From: a virus
Taxonomy: Duplodnaviria; Caudoviricetes
IMG/VR virus record: IMGVR_UViG_3300011334_000333
Location: 1-30,127 of that record
Length of the DNA stretch: 30,127 nt
Reading direction: 5' to 3' (one strand)
How positions within the stretch are numbered: the stretch's first letter is position 1; every line of letters begins with the position of its first letter. Shown one piece after another: positions 17,787 to 24,081 of the stretch. Both the position numbers and the translations under genes were made by a program. The notes beneath the pieces were generated by a model that ran no database searches, was not told where the DNA came from, and worked only from the letters and a program-made list of their open reading frames with translations.

Positions 17787-18425
17787 TTAATTTAATTCAA
17801 ATTGAATATTAGTTTTTAATGATTCGATAAATTGCAACTTCAATTCAACTGCAATATCAATACGTTCTTTTATTTTATCGATTATAGCCTCGTCACGCTC
17901 GATTATTAGTTCGTGCCACATCTCAACCCCATTATAGATAATATAGTTGAAGAAATGGCATCTTTGCGAATTTGTGCAAAGCATTTGCATTTGCATCTGA
18001 TTAATGTAAAGTCTATCTATTGCGGAAATTCCTTTTTCTACGATCTTAAAAAATTTATTTGGTCTTGGGCATTTGATTTCTAAAATGGCATCACTACCAA
18101 TTAAACCGTCTGGACTTGCCCCAGCATGTTCCCCAAATGGGAAAAAACTAGCTGTTTCTGCTTTGATGAAATTAAATTGATTTACTTCATTAAACTTTGC
18201 CAGTGCTAAAGGTTCTAATTGAATTCCTCGTTGCATATCAAATGAAGTAAAACTTTCCTCTTCATTCCTACCGAATACAACCTCACAAGCATTCTGAAAG
18301 GCGTAATCTTCGCCAGTTAACCCTAATCCTTTAACTCCCATTAGTTCGTCAATACGGGACGCTGTAAAACGTCCCAATCTTTGATTAAACCATTCGTCTG
18401 TTCTTTGTTCAATTTCCTTTGACAT
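17787..18425 (-). CDS. YqaJ / lambda-exonuclease family nuclease
   Basis: 'QRTDEWFNQRLGRFTAS', 'MQRGIQLEP', 'GASPDGL', 'LEIKCP', 'QMQMQM'; start moved to MSKEIEQ. Confidence 0.9.
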   Translation of the reverse strand: MSKEIEQRTDEWFNQRLGRFTASRIDELMGVKGLGLTGEDYAFQNACEVVFGRNEEESFTSFDMQRGIQLEPLALAKFNEVNQFNFIKAETASFFPFGEHAGASPDGLIGSDAILEIKCPRPNKFFKIVEKGISAIDRLYINQMQMQMLCTNSQRCHFFNYIIYNGVEMWHELIIERDEAIIDKIKERIDIAVELKLQFIESLKTNIQFELN

Positions 18426-18918
18426 ACTCAATAAATTTTTGTTCAACTTCATTTGTTATTTGATAAACCTCTTTGATTTTCTCGATTGTTGCATTTGCGA
18501 TTTTTGCCTTTTCAAAATTAGCTTCAGTAAAAAATGGTTTTTCTTTTACTTGAATTTTAGGCTGCACTGGAGAAATTCGTACACCCCCAACTAGGTCGCC
18601 TTTCATCTTTACTGAATAGTCAATGTACAATTCAACAGGAATGTTTACCCAGTCTTGAACGTATGGACTTTTCCCAACTGAAAAACCTTTTAAAATTTTT
18701 GAGTTTGTAGCATTTAAAACTAAAGGTTTAATACTTTCATTGAAATAAGCAATATTAAAATCGCCTTTTTTACCAGCAACAGAAACGTTTAATTCTTGCT
18801 TAACTTGTTTGATTGTGAATATCAAAGAAATATTATTTTCTCTAAAATCTTCTAAATCCGCAACGCCTAAATGGTCGCTTTTGTACACTTTTCTAAAGTG
18901 GTCTTTCTTGTTTTCCAT
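18409..18918 (-). CDS. Exonuclease partner, candidate ssDNA-annealing/recombination protein
   Basis: 'KPLVLNATNSKIL...WVNIPVELY...GVRI'; occupies the annealase slot upstream of exonuclease and SSB. Confidence 0.55.
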   Translation of the reverse strand: MENKKDHFRKVYKSDHLGVADLEDFRENNISLIFTIKQVKQELNVSVAGKKGDFNIAYFNESIKPLVLNATNSKILKGFSVGKSPYVQDWVNIPVELYIDYSVKMKGDLVGGVRISPVQPKIQVKEKPFFTEANFEKAKIANATIEKIKEVYQITNEVEQKFIEYVKGN

Positions 18919-18940
18919 AATTAATTAATTTTCGTTTGTG

Positions 18941-18973
18941 CAAATATACTAAATAAGTTTTAATTAAATGCAA
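18941..18973 (-). promoter_or_regulatory. Early promoter (TATATTTG) with TTAATTAAAAC box
   Basis: TAnnTTTG upstream of ATG 18918. Confidence 0.7.
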
Positions 18974-18975
18974 GT

Positions 18976-19227
18976 TTATTTAAAGTTTTCTTTGTAGTAA
19001 GTTAAAGAATCAAATTTAGGTGCAGAATTTATGTGATATTGATATTCATATTCTTGACCTTCATCAAAGGCATCAATTATTTGTTGCTTTTCCATTTCTT
19101 TTGCTTGTTTAAATAAGTCTTTAATTGAGTTATCCATATCTCTTTTTAACAACTCTTGTCTTAGCCACTCAACTGCTGTTTGGTTTTTTATTTCTGCATT
19201 CATTGCTTTATAATCTCGTTCGTCCAT
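18976..19227 (-). CDS. Hypothetical phage protein (83 aa)
   Basis: 'QTAVEWL...QAKEMEKQQIIDAF...YYKENFK', a common Bacteroidota phage accessory pattern. Confidence 0.75.
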   Translation of the reverse strand: MDERDYKAMNAEIKNQTAVEWLRQELLKRDMDNSIKDLFKQAKEMEKQQIIDAFDEGQEYEYQYHINSAPKFDSLTYYKENFK

Positions 19228-19228
19228 C

Positions 19229-19402
19229 TTAATATTTATTTGATTCTAAAATAGCGATTGACCTTTTCAACTGCTTTACTTTTAATTCGTCTTCCTGAAT
19301 TTCATCTGCAAAGCGTGGATTATCCGCTTCGATTTTTTCAGATAAACGGCGCTCAATTTCCTTAAGCGTGTCTTTCATTTTTAGTATTGGGAAATCGTCC
19401 AT
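19229..19402 (-). CDS. 57-aa coiled-coil hypothetical protein
   Basis: Manual translation MDDFPILKMKDTLKEIERRLSEKIEADNPRFADEIQEDELKVKQLKRSIAILESNKY*; tight packing with neighbours. Confidence 0.65.
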   Translation of the reverse strand: MDDFPILKMKDTLKEIERRLSEKIEADNPRFADEIQEDELKVKQLKRSIAILESNKY

Positions 19403-19405
19403 AAC

Positions 19406-19480
19406 TCAAACAATTAACCAAAATAATAATACTGCTACATAAGCACCAAAAAATACTAGCGCGATTTTCTTTTCATTCAT
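19406..19480 (-). CDS. 24-aa single-pass membrane peptide, first early ORF
   Basis: MNEKKIALVFFGAYVAVLLFWLIV*; A-rich leader ending TTATG; directly after the promoter. Confidence 0.55.
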   Translation of the reverse strand: MNEKKIALVFFGAYVAVLLFWLIV

Positions 19481-19503
19481 AATTTAAATTTTTAAAGTTT
19501 CAA

Positions 19504-19530
19504 CAAATCTACAACCTACATTTTGATTAA
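19504..19530 (-). promoter_or_regulatory. First early promoter (TAGATTTG) with TTAATCAAAAT box
   Basis: TAnnTTTG at the late/early boundary. Confidence 0.65.
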
Positions 19531-19542
19531 ATACTATAATTG

Positions 19543-19574
19543 TGTTGAACGGTAAATATCAATGATAAACGGTA
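19543..19574. repeat. Direct repeat TGTTGAACGGTA / TGATAAACGGTA, 20-nt period
   Basis: Copies at 19543-19554 and 19563-19574. Confidence 0.55.
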
Positions 19575-19580
19575 TAAACT

Positions 19581-19608
19581 AAAAAAGCACCCCTTTACGA
19601 AGTGCTTT
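19581..19608 (-). terminator. Intrinsic terminator ending the lysis operon / sRNA
   Basis: AAAGCACUUC-GUAAA-GGGGUGCUUU stem ending in a U6 run. Confidence 0.8.
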
Positions 19609-19644
19609 AATGTACCTAAACGAAAACTAGTATGAAAAAACTTA
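19581..19644 (-). ncRNA. Candidate antisense small RNA (~63 nt)
   Basis: Bounded by TATCTTTG (19648-19655) and an intrinsic terminator; 5' half is complementary to early translation-initiation regions. Confidence 0.6.
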
Positions 19645-19656
19645 AGACAAAGATAA

Positions 19657-20205
19657 TTAAAATTCATTAAGAATAACCATCGACCAAATCTTTTGTGGTT
19701 CTAACAAATTTATAACTTTTAAATAGGTTGGTATGTCATTTAACACAATGCAACCCTCACTCCAACCGCCTATATTAGTCTTTACTATTTTACGGTTAAT
19801 GTCATGGTCTGCTGGATGAAAATTAAACCCCCGAATATCTGTCTTAACCTCAGTTGTTGGATTGGTTTTTCCGTCTGCAGTGAAATCTCTTTGATATTCA
19901 AAACCTACTCTTTGAAGTCCCGCTTTAACTTTGCCTTTATGCTTACCAATTTGATACGCTCCGTAGTTCCAAACATTCGCACAAACAACGCCAGTACCTT
20001 TATTTCCCTTGTTTGTTGTACATGAAGTAACCAGGACAAATTTTGATCCACGAAATAAATATAATTTGTCATCGAATTTATCCGTTTCGTCTTCTTGACT
20101 TCGAACTGCTAAAATCCAATAAGTTCCAGGAATACCTTTGTACCCTCTTACAAGTTTGACTTTCTCTAGTAATTCAATATCAGTATAACTTCTAACGTTG
20201 CTCAT
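19657..20205 (-). CDS. Probable endolysin with an L,D-transpeptidase (YkuD)-like catalytic motif
   Basis: 'GFNFH...NIGGWSEGCIVL' His...S.GC motif; last gene of the late operon, near holin-like genes. Confidence 0.7.
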   Translation of the reverse strand: MSNVRSYTDIELLEKVKLVRGYKGIPGTYWILAVRSQEDETDKFDDKLYLFRGSKFVLVTSCTTNKGNKGTGVVCANVWNYGAYQIGKHKGKVKAGLQRVGFEYQRDFTADGKTNPTTEVKTDIRGFNFHPADHDINRKIVKTNIGGWSEGCIVLNDIPTYLKVINLLEPQKIWSMVILNEF

Positions 20206-20451
20206 TTAATCTAAATTTAAACCGTAACTATTTAAAACTTCTCTAATTTTCTCCCTTAATTTATCCGAAACTTCTATTTCTGTATTTGATGCTTTCTCAT
20301 TGTGTTCTAAAATACTTGATTCATATTTTACAACGCCACGTAATTTTTGGTCTATGTTCCAAACTGCTAATTTCCACTTGTAACCATCAAGTGCCGTCCT
20401 AGCGTCGTCTTCCTCTTCACACGAATCGAATTCTAAAATTATTTTTGCCAT
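20206..20451 (-). CDS. Hypothetical phage protein (81 aa)
   Basis: 'IILEFD..EE.DARTALDGYKWKLAVWNIDQKLR' pattern. Confidence 0.75.
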   Translation of the reverse strand: MAKIILEFDSCEEEDDARTALDGYKWKLAVWNIDQKLRGVVKYESSILEHNEKASNTEIEVSDKLREKIREVLNSYGLNLD

Positions 20452-20453
20452 TT

Positions 20454-20520
20454 TTTTTGATTAATATATTAGCTAAATTACTCAAATATTTCCTTTTTGA
20501 CTAATATATTAGTCTAAATT
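20454..20520. repeat. Two copies of a palindromic operator-like sequence
   Basis: GACTAATATATTAGTC (20499-20514, perfect) and GATTAATATATTAGCT (20459-20474), 40-nt period. Confidence 0.75.
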
Positions 20521-21374
20521 GGAAACCCTTTACTATCTAAAAGTTTGTGCAATTTATCATTTTCACGTTTTACGCTTAGCATCAAAATACGTCCGCCTAA
20601 AGGCTTCGGAGGTGCGCCACGTTCAATGTGCCACCCTTTAGAACCGTCGCCGTATTCTTCCTTATACGTTCCTGTAATGCAATGGTGTATTTGTTTCAAT
20701 CTAATTTCAGTTATACCAGCGTTTGTATAAAGAATTTCTCTAGAGTCGTTTCTGCAGCTGTTTTCGTGGATATGCCCCATACTAAACAAGTCGAACCCCT
20801 CGTAAGTTTCCAACGCCCTAGTTAGATTTATTGCGCCCTTTGTAACAATACCGCCACCGCCTGAGCCGTGAAAATATTTGTGTCTAAAAGTTGCTTTTAC
20901 ATTTGTTCGATGCGTAACCTCGTAAATAATCCAACCGCCGTATCCACCAACTTGAACGTTTCCGCCCGTAGTCATGTTTAACAAGTCAACAAACCTTTGC
21001 AAAATGTCCGTTTCTTGCCACTTTATTACACTCGTTTCATGGTTACCATACGAAATAACAGTTAAGATGCTTACATACGGTGTAAACCACTCTACAGCCG
21101 TTTCAATAATAGAATCTAAATATTTAAAATTATTATGCTCTGGCAAGATGTCCGATTTATTCGCTCGTTTATCTCCACGCCCTTGCATCAAACAAAATAA
21201 ATCCCCAGTTATAACTACAAAAATATTATTTTTTAAGCAATAGTCTAAGTGCTTTTTAAGTAGCACCCTATCGCATTTTGGATTGTCCCAGTGCAAATCT
21301 GAAAGCAAAGCAATTTCATTATGTTCACCTGATAAAGATATCTTATGAACATTCTTACTAATTTTTTCTACCAT
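20514..21374 (-). CDS. Calcineurin-like metallophosphoesterase
   Basis: 'SDLHWD', 'GDLF', 'GNHE', 'FHG', 'GHIH' motifs in canonical order. Confidence 0.9.
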   Translation of the reverse strand: MVEKISKNVHKISLSGEHNEIALLSDLHWDNPKCDRVLLKKHLDYCLKNNIFVVITGDLFCLMQGRGDKRANKSDILPEHNNFKYLDSIIETAVEWFTPYVSILTVISYGNHETSVIKWQETDILQRFVDLLNMTTGGNVQVGGYGGWIIYEVTHRTNVKATFRHKYFHGSGGGGIVTKGAINLTRALETYEGFDLFSMGHIHENSCRNDSREILYTNAGITEIRLKQIHHCITGTYKEEYGDGSKGWHIERGAPPKPLGGRILMLSVKRENDKLHKLLDSKGFPI

Positions 21375-21385
21375 GTTTGGATTGT

Positions 21386-21616
21386 TTAGTCTTTCTCGAC
21401 TTTTTGACCGTTAAATACTGCTATGCCACCACTGACTGCCGTAACAACTGTTAAGATAGTTATTCCCAAAGGCGCTGTAACAACTCCAGCGCTTAAAATA
21501 GTACCAGCGATTACTCCAATAGCTGTGAAAATTCTGCCTATTCTTTTGTTCTTTTTTGGCGTTGGAGCTTCTAAGCGTTCCAATAAATCCATTTGTTCAA
21601 CATTCTTCATCTTCAC
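21386..21616 (-). CDS. Holin-like protein with two hydrophobic segments
   Basis: 'PTPKKNKRIGRIFTAIGVIAGTILSAGVV..LGITILTVVTAVSGGIAVF'; exact start uncertain. Confidence 0.55.
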   Translation of the reverse strand: MKMKNVEQMDLLERLEAPTPKKNKRIGRIFTAIGVIAGTILSAGVVTAPLGITILTVVTAVSGGIAVFNGQKVEKD

Positions 21617-21845
21617 TGTTTTTAATTGTTATTGCTTGAGTTAATATTGCGTTTAAAGGTGCTTTATCTTCGCTGTGCTGACTTGTTTTAGGTTTACTAA
21701 GTTCACGGTAAATATCAATTTTTGATTCGTTACACGCTGCTAATTGTAGCTCTAGTTTATCAACTCTACTATTAGTCAAAAACAACCAAACAGAAACCAC
21801 TCCTAGACCTCCGTACGTTTTGAATATTTTTACTACTTCAACCAT
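21597..21845 (-). CDS. Membrane-anchored coiled-coil protein (holin- or spanin-like)
   Basis: 'YGGLGVVSVWLFL' followed by 'RVDKLELQLAAC'. Confidence 0.5.
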   Translation of the reverse strand: MVEVVKIFKTYGGLGVVSVWLFLTNSRVDKLELQLAACNESKIDIYRELSKPKTSQHSEDKAPLNAILTQAITIKNSEDEEC

Positions 21846-22867
21846 TATCTGAAAATATTTGTTCTTAAACTACTATAAACAACCGTATCAGCTGAATTTG
21901 CTAATTCAATCGCCACAATTAAATATTGATTAACCCCGAAATTAATACTCAAAGTATTTAAGTTAGTCGATACGTTTTCATCGTCCCCAAAGTTTACAGT
22001 TGGCGAAAAAATCTCCTGACTTGATAAACTATTCTTAAAGCAAAGTGTCCTAGCTAATGTCGTTCCTATTAATGAAGTCAATAACCTTGTAGCTACCAAA
22101 GTTGCACCAGTTAATGAAATTGATGTATTAAAATATAGACGAATAGTTTTAACATTTGTATTGTTTGTGGTAGTCATTGAAGCAACAAACCTAAAAAAAT
22201 CATTTGCCTGAAAAGTACCTGCAGGAATTAAATAATTTGCAACGATTGTGTTTGCAGTTGTGCCAGTGTGCGAAATACTAGCATTTTGCTTTATAGCCAT
22301 TTGAGTTACTGGCAATATTGTAGGAATCGTTGGTTTGTTTAATATTTCAGAAACTCCACTTGTTGCGTTCCAATCAGAATTTACTTGAGCTGATGGAATA
22401 CTTGGTTTGTTTGCTATTACAGTTGATCCAGTTGTTGCGTTCCAATCAGCATTTACAACTATTTGCCAAACTGCACTTGTTGCGGTGCTATCTGTACAAA
22501 CATAAACATCTCCATTGTCTAAAACCCACCTAGAACCAACGTAAAAGCCCTCTGTACTATCGTTGTTCGCATCAGGAATAATATTAAATTTATGGTTTAC
22601 TTCACGAATTAAAGTGCCGTTTCCGTCCATTACATACTGACTTCCAGCTTCCCATTTCAACTCATAACCAACGCCACAAATTTGAGCAATACCTTTTGAA
22701 CCGCCAGTATTTGCGTCAATAGTTCCGTTGCGAAGTCTTGAACCATTATCTAACAAAATACCTGTATCAGTATTAGTAAATTGAATTTCTTGTGTTGTTG
22801 ACCTTCCACCATTTGTTGTAACCTCGTCCAAAGTGGGCGTTGCTATGTTAATGTCTATTATTGCCAT
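21845..22867 (-). CDS. Tail fibre / receptor-binding-like protein (340 aa)
   Basis: Thr/Asn-rich; 'TLDEVTTNG'; two 24-aa 'N.DWNAT.G...I.NKP.IP' repeats (72-nt period, 22322-22456); beta-rich C-terminal domain. Confidence 0.65.
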   Translation of the reverse strand: MAIIDINIATPTLDEVTTNGGRSTTQEIQFTNTDTGILLDNGSRLRNGTIDANTGGSKGIAQICGVGYELKWEAGSQYVMDGNGTLIREVNHKFNIIPDANNDSTEGFYVGSRWVLDNGDVYVCTDSTATSAVWQIVVNADWNATTGSTVIANKPSIPSAQVNSDWNATSGVSEILNKPTIPTILPVTQMAIKQNASISHTGTTANTIVANYLIPAGTFQANDFFRFVASMTTTNNTNVKTIRLYFNTSISLTGATLVATRLLTSLIGTTLARTLCFKNSLSSQEIFSPTVNFGDDENVSTNLNTLSINFGVNQYLIVAIELANSADTVVYSSLRTNIFR

Positions 22868-23505
22868 AGTATGTTAAATGTATTATCAGCTAAACTTGGT
22901 ACTGTTTCGCTAGTTGTAACTCCGTTAATTATAAAATTATATGTTGTATCAGGTAGAATCCTTGTAGCACCACTTTCGACAAAGTCTGAATAAGTACCAT
23001 CAGAATTTTCAATAAAAGCTGGTAAACAATTTCCACTTGGAATTAAATCCCCGCAAATAGTCATCTCGTTTGGAATCTCTACATCAAATGTCATCGTCCA
23101 ACCAGCTAACTTGTTTTCAAATCTATCTGTAAACGGTTCGCAAGTAGGTTCTCCAATAACTTGTATTAATTCACTAAATAACTGACCGTTTGTCATCTCC
23201 TTAGATAACCTTAACAATACTTGTAATTGCGTATTTAATACGTCTTGTTCATTGTCATTTCCTACAAAGATATTCGTGGTCGTTTCTTTACTTTCGTCCA
23301 CAATATCCATTGCGATAACAGAAATATTAAAAGAAACTGTTTGCGATCTTGGGACTGCTGAATTTATAATAATATGCGAAAGTGGAAATATAGTTTTCTT
23401 ATTTAAATCCACGTCTTCAAGTCCGCCAGTTGTAACCGTATTTACAAAAGGCGAATTTATCAAAGCGTTTTTTAAATCAGTTGTTATATCGTAAAATTCA
23501 GTCAT
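22858..23505 (-). CDS. Tail-terminator-like protein with C-terminal extension
   Basis: 'VNTVTTG...KTIFPLSHI...CEPFTDRFENKLAGWTMTFDV'; located after the head connector. Confidence 0.55.
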   Translation of the reverse strand: MTEFYDITTDLKNALINSPFVNTVTTGGLEDVDLNKKTIFPLSHIIINSAVPRSQTVSFNISVIAMDIVDESKETTTNIFVGNDNEQDVLNTQLQVLLRLSKEMTNGQLFSELIQVIGEPTCEPFTDRFENKLAGWTMTFDVEIPNEMTICGDLIPSGNCLPAFIENSDGTYSDFVESGATRILPDTTYNFIINGVTTSETVPSLADNTFNILWQ

Positions 23506-23593
23506 TTTTCTTTTGCTTATTTAAATAAATAATCAGCTTTTTTACGTTTTCCGCTTTTGGCTTGTACTGCTTTGGCTTTTTTACAGAATCCAT
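23498..23593 (-). CDS. 31-aa basic peptide
   Basis: MDSVKKPKQYKPKAENVKKLIIYLNKQKKND*; overlaps both neighbours and fills the gap. Confidence 0.55.
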   Translation of the reverse strand: MDSVKKPKQYKPKAENVKKLIIYLNKQKKND

Positions 23594-24081
23594 CCTAAAT
23601 AATTTGAGTTTGAATTTGGATAAACGTCTCCGTTTGAATTTGTATCGTATTCAGGAAATAAATTAGAATAGAAACTCATGTGCGAAATAAATCTATCAGT
23701 GTAATGTTGCGCCATTGAAACCGCTTTACTGGCTAAATAATCTACTTCGTTTTTTTCAACGTTTTGAGCATTCTCACTTGTATGTTTATAAACGCCTTTA
23801 TTAGCTATCGTATAAGCTGAGAAAGGTAAATATTCAGCGAATGCCCAATGTATAAGCATCGGTTTAATATAGTTATCCAAAAGTTCCAAATAAGGAGTTG
23901 TAAGCGTATCATTTTCAATATCTGTTTGTATTCTTTTAAGTAATTGAGTACCTAAATAAGTTTCAATATGCGTATCTTGAGCGTACAAAGCATACTGAAT
24001 AAATTTATCAGTATCAACGTTGCCGTTCATCGCTGTAAACTTTACTATGTCCGTGTGTTCTATAAGTAATATCTTTGCCAT
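23581..24081 (-). CDS. Head-tail adaptor-like protein (166 aa)
   Basis: Helical, coupled to the portal stop; 'AQDTHIETYLGTQL', 'YIKPMLIHW'. Confidence 0.6.
   Translation of the reverse strand: MAKILLIEHTDIVKFTAMNGNVDTDKFIQYALYAQDTHIETYLGTQLLKRIQTDIENDTLTTPYLELLDNYIKPMLIHWAFAEYLPFSAYTIANKGVYKHTSENAQNVEKNEVDYLASKAVSMAQHYTDRFISHMSFYSNLFPEYDTNSNGDVYPNSNSNYLGWIL

Noticed and set aside
9637-18452. Longest-ORF starts at 9675, 10559, 10789, 12548 and 18452
   Set aside because: Downstream ATGs give ATGA coupling or family-typical N-termini, so shorter starts were used.
8369-18937. AAACG as an alternative Shine-Dalgarno sequence
   Set aside because: It is not complementary to the usual CCUCC anti-SD and was not seen before highly expressed structural genes such as capsid and tail tube.
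19632-19670. Plus-strand 12-aa ORF MKKLKTKIIKIH behind a good-looking leader
   Set aside because: No plus-strand TAnnTTTG seen upstream, while the promoter element and U-tail both point to the minus strand. Kept only as the alternative to the sRNA model.
22322-22456. 72-nt-period repeat as CRISPR or a diversity-generating template
   Set aside because: Only two in-frame copies encoding a fibre repeat; no cas or reverse transcriptase gene.
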